A stretch of 64,000 bases of DNA. It comes from a bacterium (GTDB taxonomy: Bacteria; SAR324; NAC60-12). A model generated the notes under the pieces. That model did no database searches. It had not been told where the DNA came from and saw nothing but the letters and a program-made list of their open reading frames with translations. The position numbers were made by a program, and so were the translations under genes. Position 1 is the first letter of the stretch. Each line of letters opens with the position of its first letter. The stretch lies in assembly GCA_965205865.1 (NCBI GenBank), contig CBDBHR010000028.1, forward strand, positions 448,001-512,000. The letters run 5' to 3'. This document shows, one piece after another, positions 9,878 to 24,494 of the stretch.

Positions 9878-10588
9878 ATGATGGAAACAATTTTATTGAG
9901 TTATGTCATAGGATTTGCCATGGCCTGGATTTTCGGAGCCGCCCCGCAAGATTTTCCGCAAATTCCTATGACTGCCGAAAACAGCGTGGAAATAGTCCAG
10001 TTACAGCAGGAAATTCAAGACGATCCTGAAGATGTGGTAAGCCGGTTGCGCCTGGGACAAATTTATTTTTTCCACAACCATCTGGAAGCGGCGGATCATC
10101 AATTCACGAAAGCCAGAGCCATGGACTCGCAAGGAGGAATCGTCTTGACCTGGTGGGGAACCAACCAGGCAAAACGGGCGGGAGCCGCCCTCCCCTGGTG
10201 CTGGGGGATATGTAAAATCCTTGCCCTTAAGGAGGGGGTGGTCGCTCTCAATGAAGCCGTTGCCCTGGCTCCGGACGATCCCGTTGTACGCCTGGTCCGC
10301 ATCAATACTCTCACTGCCCTAGAAGGGCGATTCAGCGATTTTAATCTGGTATTTGAGGATGAACAATATTTCATTTCCCAATCCCCCGAAAAGCTCGACT
10401 CACTGCCGGAAGAACTGATGGCAGAGGTTTATCTCGCTTTGGCTTCCGCCTATTTCTGGAAATTCAAAGAAGCGGGAAAAAATCCGGATAGCCCTTACCT
10501 ACGGCAGGTCTTGGCTTATTTGGAACAGGCTGAACAAAAGAACAGTGAAATTCGCAAAGAAACCAAAATAATTCGTCAAAGTCTCTAG
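9878..10588 (+). CDS. TPR-like protein with N-terminal hydrophobic anchor/signal
   Basis: DPEDV..RLRLGQIYF...LEAA...F.KA; AV.LAPDDP.VRL; GGAG SD before ATG 9878. Confidence 0.75.
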   Translation: MMETILLSYVIGFAMAWIFGAAPQDFPQIPMTAENSVEIVQLQQEIQDDPEDVVSRLRLGQIYFFHNHLEAADHQFTKARAMDSQGGIVLTWWGTNQAKRAGAALPWCWGICKILALKEGVVALNEAVALAPDDPVVRLVRINTLTALEGRFSDFNLVFEDEQYFISQSPEKLDSLPEELMAEVYLALASAYFWKFKEAGKNPDSPYLRQVLAYLEQAEQKNSEIRKETKIIRQSL

Positions 10589-10603
10589 AATCCGGAGTGC
10601 CCT

Positions 10604-11833
10604 GTGACTCTTCTATCCAAAATTGCCATGCGCAACATACTCCGTAACAAACGGCGTACGGGATTGACCATGACTGCTATTGTCTGTGGATGCGTCGCCC
10701 TTATTTTATTCGGCGGATTCATTCAAGCCAACTACGAGGGACTGCGGGAAACCACTATCAATTCCCGGCTGGGTCACATTCAAATCTTCAAGGCAGGCTA
10801 TCAGGAACACCACGCTTCGGATCCCGAAAAATTCTTGCTCACCCCTCGAACCGTGCAAAAAATAAAAATCATCCTTAAAGAAATCCGGGGAGTACGAATC
10901 ATCACCACACGTCTGGAGTTTTCCGGACTATTGAGCAATGGCAAGACGTCCATTGCCGTGATCGGCATTGGGGGAGAAGCAGAAAAAGAAGCCGAAATGA
11001 GCGAGGGATTGACGCTTATCGAAGGTGAAACACTTTTTGAAGACGACTTGGATAATGTTCTCATGGGAAAAGGACTGGCCGCCTCCATGCATGCCAGTCC
11101 CGGAGACGTCCTCACCCTGCTCGGCTCCACCGGCGATGGAGCCATTAATGCGGTTGACGTGATTGTTACCGGAATCTTCGAATCCTTTTCCAAGGAGTAC
11201 GATGAACGCGCCATGCGCATGAATCTGCGCCACACCCAGTTTCTCTTGGACAACGAAGGAGTGACGAACGTCGTCGTCCTGCTTGATGAAACCGCACGCA
11301 CCAGTGCCGTTGCCAAACGACTTGTCACCGAGTTTCAACAAAAGGAATTGGAGGTTGAAATCAAAACCTGGAGCGAACTTGCCACTTTTTACCACGCGGT
11401 GGTGAAATTGTATGACGGATTGTTTGGATTTCTCCAGGTAATCGTGATGGTCATTGTCTTTTTGGGAATTGCCAACACCATGATGATGACCGTGATGGAA
11501 CGCACCCCGGAAATCGGAACCATTCGCGCTCTAGGCACCCAAAAGAAAGGCGTAATCCTGCTTTTTCTCCTGGAAGGAATGCTGCTTGGCATTCTCGGGG
11601 GGATCGTGGGAATTTTGCTGGGGATTGTGTTTGCGGAACTCATCACTGCGGGACAATTCATGATGCCTCCGCCTCCTGGTTCCTCCATGGGTTTCCCCAT
11701 CATAATCCGCATCGTTCCATCCGTCCTGGCAATCAGCTTTTTATTGGCAGTTGGCGCTGCGTTGCTATCCAGCATTTATCCCGCACTGAGAGCGGCTCGA
11801 TTGAAAATCGCGGACGCCCTGCGATTTGCGTGA
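10604..11833 (+). CDS. ABC transporter permease (MacB/FtsX/LolE family)
   Basis: IAMRNILRNKRRT, large periplasmic loop, NTMMMTVMERT.EIGT.RALG, YPA.RAARL.I.DALR. Confidence 0.93.
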   Translation: MTLLSKIAMRNILRNKRRTGLTMTAIVCGCVALILFGGFIQANYEGLRETTINSRLGHIQIFKAGYQEHHASDPEKFLLTPRTVQKIKIILKEIRGVRIITTRLEFSGLLSNGKTSIAVIGIGGEAEKEAEMSEGLTLIEGETLFEDDLDNVLMGKGLAASMHASPGDVLTLLGSTGDGAINAVDVIVTGIFESFSKEYDERAMRMNLRHTQFLLDNEGVTNVVVLLDETARTSAVAKRLVTEFQQKELEVEIKTWSELATFYHAVVKLYDGLFGFLQVIVMVIVFLGIANTMMMTVMERTPEIGTIRALGTQKKGVILLFLLEGMLLGILGGIVGILLGIVFAELITAGQFMMPPPPGSSMGFPIIIRIVPSVLAISFLLAVGAALLSSIYPALRAARLKIADALRFA

Positions 11834-12621
11834 TTATGAGAAAGGCGATCATGAGGACATCAGCAATCAGTAACCATCTTTTTCTCCACTTCGGTTCTCT
11901 GCTCTTTGTATTGTTGTTATGGATTCCGCATTTTGCTTTAGCCGTAGGGCCGGGTAGTCAACAACTGATCCGGGATGCCGATCGTTTCCGTGGATTTCCC
12001 GGGCAAGGTTTCAAATTTAAACTGGAAGTGACCAGCATCATTCCCGGCGAAGCAAAGCGCACCAATCGCATGTCCGTTTTTGTCCGGGAAGCTGCCAGCT
12101 TGGTCAGGTTTGACGCCCCTGCCCGCGACAAAGGAAAAGCCATGCTTTTCAAGGACCGCGCACTCTGGTTTCATATACCCAAAACCAGAAAGTTGATTCG
12201 GATCGCTCCCCTCCAGCGTCTCCTCGGAGATGCGTCCAACGGCGACGTGGCAGGGACGCAGTTTTCTACTGACTATCAGGCTGAAATAATAGGCAGGGGC
12301 TCCATCGACGGAGAGCCCTCTTACGTGTTGGATCTGAAAGCAGTGGATCGCAAAGTGACTTATGCCCGCTTGAGATATTGGGTTTCCCAGAAAGACCACC
12401 GTCCCCTCAAGAGTGAACATTATGCAATCTCCGGAAAACTCTTGAAAGTGGTTCTATATCAGAAATTCATGGAAACCCCTGATGGACCGAAGCTGGCTCG
12501 ACTGTTGATTCTCAATCCGCTCAAAGAAGGGCATCGAACTTTCATGGCCTATAGCGATTGGGAACCCGTCAATCTTTCCCCTGCCATGTTTCAAAAAACA
12601 TATCTGAAACGCTTGAAATGA
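11830..12621 (+). CDS. outer membrane lipoprotein-sorting (LolA-like) protein; start may be slightly downstream
   Basis: Signal peptide, LVRF.APARDKG..ML, LW...P......RI...QRL.G, Y.L.L.A....VTY....YWV, SGKLLK. Confidence 0.85.
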   Translation: MIMRKAIMRTSAISNHLFLHFGSLLFVLLLWIPHFALAVGPGSQQLIRDADRFRGFPGQGFKFKLEVTSIIPGEAKRTNRMSVFVREAASLVRFDAPARDKGKAMLFKDRALWFHIPKTRKLIRIAPLQRLLGDASNGDVAGTQFSTDYQAEIIGRGSIDGEPSYVLDLKAVDRKVTYARLRYWVSQKDHRPLKSEHYAISGKLLKVVLYQKFMETPDGPKLARLLILNPLKEGHRTFMAYSDWEPVNLSPAMFQKTYLKRLK

Positions 12622-13994
12622 AGGTTTCGCTTGCCACGAGGTTTTGTTGCTTCACTGTGTGCTGGCTAATCTTTTGTATGCCTGCCCATAGTTTGGAATT
12701 TTGGGACTTTAGTGGAGAATGGCAGGTCGAATTGCAACAAAATACGCAGAGAAAAAATTATTGGTTACGAACACCGGAAATAGCGCTGCCCCCATGGCAT
12801 GCCAGCGCATCAATGGTTGGCGAAGTCCGGGGGGAATGGCATCCTCGCTTGCGTTACAATTTCCGCGGAGAAGCAAATTTTCAGGAAACAGAGAGGCTAT
12901 TCTTCCACCGATTTCGCTTGATCGAAGGAGCCATTCACTATGAACTCAATCCGCTCGTTTTTTTGGACATCGGTAAAGTCTTGGAAGAATGGGGAACAGG
13001 CTATGCGTTCAATCCGGTCAACGTCCTCCTTCCACCCAAAAATACTTCGGATCTACAGGGAAATCGTCCCGGAGTGACACTGTTGAAGTTGGAAATTTTA
13101 GGGGAAAGAACCACATTCAGCATCATTCTGGCAGGCGTTGCCGACGAAAACACCGCGGAGCAAGCTTTCGTGATCCCGGATTCCAAAAACAAAAGACGGG
13201 TTGCCTTCAAGTGGGATCATACTATTGGTGATCTGGATCTTTCCTGGATTCATGCGCAGGGAGGTATTGAAGGGAAAAGTTTGCAGGATTATCTCAGGGG
13301 AAGCCCTCTTGAGCCGCAAACTCTGCCCGCGTTAAGCGGCCTTGCCTGGACCACGGTGCTGGGGGAATCCCTGGAAATCCACGGGGAATATGCGCTGCAA
13401 CGAGGACGTGGTCGTCCCATCGTTCTGATGGCTACGCCGCCACTAACTGAGGAAAGTACCCTGGGGAATCCATCCCGTTTTATTTACCAGTATGATAATG
13501 CCGGCAAAGACCGCCTGTTCTCCCGGTTTTTACTGGGAGCCCAATTCACTTTCAGCAATGGCTTCAACCTCGCCGGTGAATGGCTCTACCATGAACCGGG
13601 TTATACCCGACAAGAATGGAGACGCATTCGTCAGGGGATTCAAACGGCGCGCGAAGCTCGAAGGGGAAACTCTTTAATTTCAACAAAACGCGATCCTTTT
13701 TCGGGATTTTTATCCCAAACGCGATTCCTGCTGAAACACGCGCCTTTTCGACAGAATTACATTTTTCTGCGTTTGTTCAGCGATCGATTTGCCAGTGACT
13801 ACGAATCAGAAAGCGTCGTATTGTTCAATGCCGACGACTCCGGTTTCCTCTTTCATGAAAGATTGAGCCTGTTCCGCGGCGCCCACTGGACCCTTTCTTT
13901 GGAATGGACTACTTTCCAAGGACCCGCCTTCAGCGAATTCGCCCTCAATCCTTACCGGAATCAACTCGACCTATCCATTTCTTACTTGTTTTAG
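12618..13994 (+). CDS. probable outer-membrane beta-barrel protein
   Basis: Signal peptide, alternating beta-strand pattern, GK....WGTGYAFNP, C-terminal aromatic ISYLF; ATGA overlap with the previous gene. Confidence 0.65.
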   Translation: MKVSLATRFCCFTVCWLIFCMPAHSLEFWDFSGEWQVELQQNTQRKNYWLRTPEIALPPWHASASMVGEVRGEWHPRLRYNFRGEANFQETERLFFHRFRLIEGAIHYELNPLVFLDIGKVLEEWGTGYAFNPVNVLLPPKNTSDLQGNRPGVTLLKLEILGERTTFSIILAGVADENTAEQAFVIPDSKNKRRVAFKWDHTIGDLDLSWIHAQGGIEGKSLQDYLRGSPLEPQTLPALSGLAWTTVLGESLEIHGEYALQRGRGRPIVLMATPPLTEESTLGNPSRFIYQYDNAGKDRLFSRFLLGAQFTFSNGFNLAGEWLYHEPGYTRQEWRRIRQGIQTAREARRGNSLISTKRDPFSGFLSQTRFLLKHAPFRQNYIFLRLFSDRFASDYESESVVLFNADDSGFLFHERLSLFRGAHWTLSLEWTTFQGPAFSEFALNPYRNQLDLSISYLF

Positions 13995-14294
13995 CACCAA
14001 TCCTAAGCGGCCGTTTGGTAAAAATATTGCTTGTCTACTAAATTTCCATTTTTTTCAAAAGGAGATAGCTGAGCTCCATTGTTGCGCAATCCTGCTGATT
14101 CTGACTTGCTTAAGGAATTTTTTAATCTTCCGTATTTGTTCCCCAATAGCTCCTTTTACTTTATCCATATCATAAAGGAGCAGATCTCCCTGATTTATTG
14201 ATTTTTTAATTTTTTTTACGAATCCTGCTTTTTTTTCATTTGGGGCTTGAGGCTGCGTAGTAGTGCTAAAATCATGCCTTGTTGTTTTAAAGAA

Positions 14295-14445
14295 GGAGAG
14301 GATTCCCACCCGATCGATTCAAAATAGGCGCGGGAGGGTTCCCGCCCGTTCAATTGAACAATATCGTGGGAGGGTTCCCGCCCGTTCAATTGAACAATAT
14401 CGTGGGAGGGTTCCCGCCCGTTCAATTGAACAATATCGTGGGAGG
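14295..14445. repeat. 36-bp tandem repeat: 3 exact copies plus degenerate and partial flanking copies
   Basis: GGGAGGGTTCCCGCCCGTTCAATTGAACAATATCGT at 14332, 14368 and 14404; degenerate copy at 14295; no spacers. Confidence 0.95.
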
Positions 14446-14502
14446 ACTTGAAAGCGATGGATCCTCCCCGGGAATCTTTTTTCAGAGTGTGTCCCACTTA
14501 AT

Positions 14503-15876
14503 CTACGTGGGATGAGCCCTTGGAGGGGGCAATTGATGTACAGTCCAGCCGAGATACTTCACGGCCTGATAGATCCGCAGACAATTGTCCCGACCCTTCT
14601 CGGAGCGAAAGCCGTCGTGTTCGATTTCCAGTCGTCGCAGAACTCGTATGCCGCTTTCGGCCAGAGAATTGCGCCGGACCCCGTCCTTTCGCAAGTACTC
14701 GGTCATCCATTCGAAATGGGACTCCAAGAACCGGAGGACTTTCTCAAAGGGCTTCGAATGGCGTTGATCCCGCGGCATCTGTTTCAAGGTGTCCAGCGCC
14801 GCGCGGGCTTGCTCTTCGTCCTGACTGTCTTCGAAGATGTTCCGGACACCACCCAAGAAGGCGCGCAAGCGACCGATCTGCTCATCGACCTCGACGATCT
14901 CGATCAAGCGCTGCTTTTCTTCGGGGCTCATTCGCTTTTCGGCTTTGAACAGCAGGTAGCGGTTCTCCCACAGGCTCTGGGCCAAGGTCTCGAGTTTCTT
15001 CTTGTACCATGACGTGGTCACTTTCTCGCTCCGGTTTTTGATCCGCCGCCGCCGCGCCACATCCCACTTTCCCAGATGTCGCCAGACGTTCCGCAGAATG
15101 TGAAAGTAGTCATACTGGATCGCCACCTGAGATCCGAAGACTGTGCGAATGGCGTTGTAGTAGGCTTTGCAACCATCGATGTAGAAGGTCTTCAGGTTCA
15201 GACCCAAGTCCTTCATCTGTTGCAAGAACCGGATCACGGTCTGCTCGTTGCGCTTATCAACCTCTTGGGTGGCCAGCAGGCGGCCATGCTCATCTTTGAG
15301 GACCAGGACACGGCGCGAGGTACCCCGGGGAAAGATTTCATCGAAATGAGCCTCGGTGATCGGCTGGTCCTGATCGAGAACTTAGATCATCTCCTGGCGA
15401 GAGGGCAACTGGCAGGCCATCTCTTCGACCCAGCGATGCAGTGCCGATTTCGAGGTCTCGATATGGAAAAGCTGGTGCAACAGCCAAGCTGTCCGCCGAT
15501 ACCCCACGCCGGCAATGACGACCAACAAGGCCGCGGCGCGCATCACCACCTCCGAGAGCCCGCGATGGGCATCCGGACCCCGAGCGCTCGTCGTGAAATG
15601 CACCCGCTGGCTCTTCTGGAGGTAGTAGCCATCACGGGTGATCACGCGGTAACGAATCGGCCAAGTCAATCCACTCAACTCTTGGACCTCGAACCTATGC
15701 TCGGCCCCCCAATGGAGCCGCGTCTTGCTGCCCAGCCCCAAGCGCTGATGGACATTTTGACCACGGGTATCGATTGTGATCACCAGAACCCCGTTTTCAT
15801 AAGCCCCACTGAGGGCACAGTCGGCATTGGATTCAATGAATTCGGTGCGAATCGGGACGGTGACAAATAGTGCCAT
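14503..15876 (-). mobile_element. DDE transposase (IS256/ISL3-like), interrupted by an in-frame TAA at 15382-15384
   Basis: ORFs 15382-15876 and 14503-15237 are in one frame; read-through gives HFDE...YIDG.KAY..AI..VF....QYDYFHI...NSLAES; much GC-richer than flanks. Confidence 0.8.
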
Positions 15877-15961
15877 CTCTGCCTCTTTTTTCGGGTGGCG
15901 GTTGCAGTCACCCTAATAGGAGATAAGCAGGAAAGTCAGTTTGTCAAGTCCTTTCAATCAG

Positions 15962-16183
15962 TTAGGCCTGATTCAAGATAGATTCAGTGGAACACACCCT
16001 TTTTAACCAGGTACTTAAGGTTTTCTCTGTGATATGGTACAAACGGTATATTTCACTGTGAGATAAACATCGACTCTTCAGGTAAAGCGTTTCCATCCTT
16101 CTTTGAATCTGAGGATGAGGATAATGATAGCGTTCATAATCCAGCTTACGAATGATTTCTTCAGTAAACGATACTTTAATCAT
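15962..16183 (-). mobile_element. truncated IS630-family transposase N-terminal HTH fragment
   Basis: L.YERYHYPHPQIQRRME.LYLKS..LSH.EI.RL..I...TL..WLK; no DDE domain follows. Confidence 0.65.
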
Positions 16184-16260
16184 GAGAGGCTCCTTCGAAT
16201 TTGAGATTTTAAAAAGTATCTCATGAATATGATAAAATTAATCGTCTAAAGTATATCATT

Positions 16261-16430
16261 GACATCAGCCATGAAAGAAACTCATGGCGCCAATTGTGGC
16301 CAATCCTCAAACGCGGTGATGTGATCCTGGCAGACTGAGGGTTTTGCGGCTATGCCGATTATTGGTGTTTATTGCAGCAAGGAATTGACTCAGTGATGCG
16401 CCTCTATCAACGCCGCAAAGCCAGAGACAA
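16261..16430 (+). mobile_element. IS4-family transposase internal fragment
   Basis: Manual translation SHERNSWRQLWPILKRGDVILAD*GFCGYADYWCLLQQGIDSVMRLYQRR, i.e. the GD.ILADRGF motif with a stop at 16336. Confidence 0.7.
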
Positions 16431-16551
16431 ATCTCAATTTGAAGGCGCAAAAGGACTTGATATACTTCTGCTCATGGGCGGTGGGGTCTTGCGGATTCAT
16501 TTGAAAATTTGATTCTTTTCCAGCAACGCTCCACATAGGTAAAAAAAAAGT

Positions 16552-16579
16552 TTGACAAAAGGTTTTTTTTCTATATAAT
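16552..16579 (+). promoter_or_regulatory. sigma70 promoter of the rRNA operon
   Basis: Perfect TTGACA (16552), 16-bp spacer, TATAAT (16574), A-tract upstream. Confidence 0.85.
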
Positions 16580-16732
16580 GTCTCTTTTGCGTTAAAACGC
16601 AATCAAATCATGTTGATCTTAGACAAGGGAATCGGAAGAAAATTACAAGAACGGGCCAATGGTTCTTCAGATGCAATTTGTGGAACCATTCAATATTATG
16701 CTGAATTATATCAGCAAGTCATATCAAACTTT

Positions 16733-18259
<1,527 letters not shown>

Positions 18260-18501
18260 AATTTCTTGAATTTATTCCAAGAGATAAGGTCGATGCCCTT
18301 CTTGTTTTTTTCGTCTGACCCCTTGTCGTAAGATTATTTACCTTTTGGTATGTTGGTGGAAAAATAGAAGCAATTCTGTTTTTGTGTCTCCAGTCTAAAG
18401 GTTTTTAGTTGTTCTTAGAAAATGGAATCAGAAAATTGTTTAAACTTTCACCCGGGTAGAGGTGAAGGTTTTATCTTCAAGAGAAATTTGGTTTCAAGAG
18501 A

Positions 18502-21440
<2,939 letters not shown>

Positions 21441-21501
21441 TGAAAAACCAAATATTCTTTGATAAAACCTTCACCACTTTCAGGGTGGGCAACTAATTGC
21501 T

Positions 21502-21620
21502 TTCCGGTGCTTATGGCAAGGGGGATATACCTGTACCCTTCCCGAACACAGAAGTCAAGTCCCTTTGCGCCTATGGTACTGCCAGGGAAACCGCGGTGGG
21601 AGAGTCGGACGGTGCCGGAA
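21502..21620 (+). rRNA. rrf: 5S ribosomal RNA
   Basis: CCGAACACAGAAGTCAAG, ATGGTACT, GGGAGAGT; terminal stem TTCCGGTG/TGCCGGAA. Confidence 0.95.
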
Positions 21621-21662
21621 ATCTTTAATATAGAAGAATCGATAATAACAATCCTCGCGGTT

Positions 21663-21749
21663 GCCGAGGTGGTGAAATTGGTAGACGCGCTGGATTCAAA
21701 ATCCAGTGGGGGCAACCCCGTGCCGGTTCGATTCCGGCTCTCGGCACCA
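21663..21749 (+). tRNA. tRNA-Leu(CAA)
   Basis: Acceptor GCCGAGG/TCTCGGC-A-CCA, anticodon arm CTGGA-TTCAAAA-TCCAG, long variable arm, GGTTCGATTCC. Confidence 0.97.
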
Positions 21750-21930
21750 CTCGGATCAACCCTCTTTTGTTTCCATAAACCTTGTCTAGTTTTTGCTGAA
21801 AATCGGTTTTTTTAATTTCCAACTTTTTTCTGTTGATTCAATTACTTTTTTTCACACCAGGCACTTGAATCAATTGCCTTGAGTTTTCTGGGTCGCGAAA
21901 TTGCATGTTGAAACATCTTAATTATTTTAC

Positions 21931-21959
21931 TTGAAAGTTCACTCGTTTTATAGGATACT
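21931..21959 (+). promoter_or_regulatory. candidate sigma70 promoter for leuS
   Basis: TTGAAA, 17-bp spacer, GATACT about 50 bp upstream of the ATG. Confidence 0.5.
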
Positions 21960-22010
21960 TACAGGTTTTATGGAAATACACTTACTTTCATTTGAGTCCA
22001 ATTTTGCGAT

Positions 22011-24494
22011 ATGAGTACATACCATCCTAGCGAGATTGAGAGGAAGTGGCAGAAAAAATGGGAGGAAGACGGGCTTTATCGGACAACACCGTTTACTTCC
22101 AATCCAAAATTCTACATGCTGACCATGTTGCCTTATCCCTCAGGGGACTTACACATAGGGCACTGGTATGTCATGACTCCTTCTGATGGGATAGCTCGAT
22201 ACAAGCGTATGGAAGGCTATAATGTATTTTTTCCAATGGGTTTTGATGCATTTGGATTACCTGCAGAAAATGCGGCAATTAAGCACAATATTCATCCAAA
22301 AGAGTGGACTTATAAGAATATGGAACGCATGCGCGAGCAACTTCGTTCCATGGGGGCTATGTTTGTCTGGGAGCATGAAGTGGCCTCTTGTGATCCTGAC
22401 TATTACAAATGGAATCAATGGTTCTTTCTCAAATTTTATGAAAACGGGTTGGCTTATCGGGAATATGCACCAGTGGATTTTTGTACGACTTGTAATACAA
22501 CCCTTGCTAGGGAACAGGTAATCGGGGAGCAACGCCTTTGTGAACGTTGTGAAAATCCTGTTGTCAAAAGGGAACTCAATCAATGGAAACTGAAAATCAC
22601 CCAATATAGCGAAGAACTCTTGAATTTTGAGGAGATGGAGTGGCCGGAACCGGTTAAACTTATGCAGACCAAGTGGATTGGCAAAAGTGAAGGTGTTGAA
22701 TTCAGCCTCCAAGTTCCTGGACAAGATGGACAGGCTATTCGTGTCTTTACGACCCGGCCAGATACAGTTTTTGGCATGACATTTTGTGTGCTTGCGCCAG
22801 AGCATCCGTTAATTGAATTCATTACGACGGAAGAACAGAGTCAAGCAATGCGGGACTACAAGGAAATGGCTGTTCGAAAATCGGAAATTGAACGTACTGC
22901 AGAAGGAAAAGAAAAAGACGGAGTTTTTACGGGTACCTATACCATCAATCCGTTAAACCATCAGCGAATCCCAATTTGGGTTGCCGATTATGTGCTCGCA
23001 ACCTATGGGACGGGAGCCATTATGGCAGTTCCTGCCCATGATCAGCGTGATCTTGAATTTGCACGCAAATACCATCTCCCTGTCACAGTGGTCATTCGAC
23101 CGAAAGACACTAGCAAGGCCGTTCCAACCGGCGAGCAAATAAGCGAAGCCTTTGTCAGCAAAGAAGGTACGATCACGGTTAATAGTGGAGAATTTAATGG
23201 CTTGGAATGGCCACTTGGATTTGAAAAAGTAGCTGAATTCATGGAGGTGCAAGGTATAGGGGAACGGAAAGTCAATTTCCGTCTTCATGACTGGCTGGTC
23301 AGCCGGCAGAGGATGTGGGGGACTCCTATTCCGTTTGTGCATTGCTTTGATTGTGGAGCAGTGCCGGTTCCCTATGAAGATCTTCCTGTCACGCTACCCG
23401 ACGATGCCGAATTTAAACCAACAGGTGAGAGTCCGCTCAAATACCATGAAGGGTTTTTGAAAACAACTTGCCCACAATGCGGTACGCTGGCAGAACGGGA
23501 ATCCGATACAATGGACACGTTTTTCTGCTCATCTTGGTATTATTATGCGTATCTTTCACCTTATTGGAAAAAAGGGCAAAAACTGACACGAGACGAATTG
23601 CCTTGGGATAAAAAGCTCGGGGATTATTGGTTGCCTGTGGATCAATACACTGGAGGTATTGAACATGCCACGATGCATCTATTGTATTTTCGCTTCTTTA
23701 CCAAGGCGTTGGCAGATATGGGACTATTGCCATTTCGGGAGCCGACGAAAAGACTTTTCAATCAGGGAATGATTCTAGGAGAGGATCATGAGAAGATGTC
23801 AAAAAGCCGGGGAAATGTGATCAATCCCGACAGTATTGTCCAACAAAATGGAGTCGATGCGGTGCGAGCTTATTTGATGTTTATAGGACCATGGGAGGCC
23901 GGAGGTCCTTGGAACTCGAGAGGAATTGAAGGAATTGTCCGATTCCTCAAGGATGTTTGGAATCTTTCCGCTGCTCAAAATTCGGGGGCTACTGTATTTG
24001 ATGCGGAGGATATCAAATTGCTAAAAAAAACAACTCATCAAACTTTAAAGAAAGTCACCCAAGATTACAATCAATTTAAATTTAACACCGCCATCGCTGC
24101 CCTCATGAGTTTCCGCAACGTCATGAAGGAATTGGAGCAAAGGACATGTGCTACTCCCGTATGGGATCAAGCCTTGGATACTTTGCTTTTGATGCTTGCT
24201 CCCATCACTCCTCATATCGCTGAAGAACTGTGGCAGAAACGGCATGCTGGAGATTCTATCCATCTCCAGCAATGGCCACAATTTGATGAAGAACTTGCCA
24301 AAGAAAAATTTACCACACTTGTCGTGCAAGTAAATGGGAAGTTACGAGATCGATTGGAAATCCCCATGGATTTGGAACAATCTATGGTTGAAGAGAAAGT
24401 GCTCAGTTCTCCCAAAATTCAACCCTACGTGGCTGATCATACTATTCGTAAACTCATTGTAATCAAAAATAAACTTGTCAACATCGTTGTTTAG
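22011..24494 (+). CDS. leuS: leucine--tRNA ligase
   Basis: PYPSGDLHIGH, GFDAFGLPAENAA, FTTRPDT editing domain, KMSKS, VVQVNGKLR. Confidence 0.98.
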   Translation: MSTYHPSEIERKWQKKWEEDGLYRTTPFTSNPKFYMLTMLPYPSGDLHIGHWYVMTPSDGIARYKRMEGYNVFFPMGFDAFGLPAENAAIKHNIHPKEWTYKNMERMREQLRSMGAMFVWEHEVASCDPDYYKWNQWFFLKFYENGLAYREYAPVDFCTTCNTTLAREQVIGEQRLCERCENPVVKRELNQWKLKITQYSEELLNFEEMEWPEPVKLMQTKWIGKSEGVEFSLQVPGQDGQAIRVFTTRPDTVFGMTFCVLAPEHPLIEFITTEEQSQAMRDYKEMAVRKSEIERTAEGKEKDGVFTGTYTINPLNHQRIPIWVADYVLATYGTGAIMAVPAHDQRDLEFARKYHLPVTVVIRPKDTSKAVPTGEQISEAFVSKEGTITVNSGEFNGLEWPLGFEKVAEFMEVQGIGERKVNFRLHDWLVSRQRMWGTPIPFVHCFDCGAVPVPYEDLPVTLPDDAEFKPTGESPLKYHEGFLKTTCPQCGTLAERESDTMDTFFCSSWYYYAYLSPYWKKGQKLTRDELPWDKKLGDYWLPVDQYTGGIEHATMHLLYFRFFTKALADMGLLPFREPTKRLFNQGMILGEDHEKMSKSRGNVINPDSIVQQNGVDAVRAYLMFIGPWEAGGPWNSRGIEGIVRFLKDVWNLSAAQNSGATVFDAEDIKLLKKTTHQTLKKVTQDYNQFKFNTAIAALMSFRNVMKELEQRTCATPVWDQALDTLLLMLAPITPHIAEELWQKRHAGDSIHLQQWPQFDEELAKEKFTTLVVQVNGKLRDRLEIPMDLEQSMVEEKVLSSPKIQPYVADHTIRKLIVIKNKLVNIVV

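Noticed and set aside
14055-14309. Possible IS4 fragment (GDLLLYD)
   Set aside because: Only a short motif resemblance; cannot be supported.
14332-14445. CRISPR array (36-bp palindromic repeat containing ATTGAAC)
   Set aside because: Units are head-to-tail with no spacers and there are no cas genes in the window.
14216-14497. ORF with SHDIVQLNGREP repeats as a RiPP-like precursor for the ABC cassette
   Set aside because: Simply the 36-bp repeat read in frame; no leader or modifying enzymes, and open frames exist on both strands.
14512-15870. Long plus-strand ORFs (166, 142 and 264 aa)
   Set aside because: Antisense to the GC-rich transposase; no motifs of their own.
15382-16338. Stop-codon recoding suggested by in-frame stops in transposases
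   Set aside because: TAA and TGA end core ribosomal genes normally here; single C-to-T changes in dead IS elements explain them.
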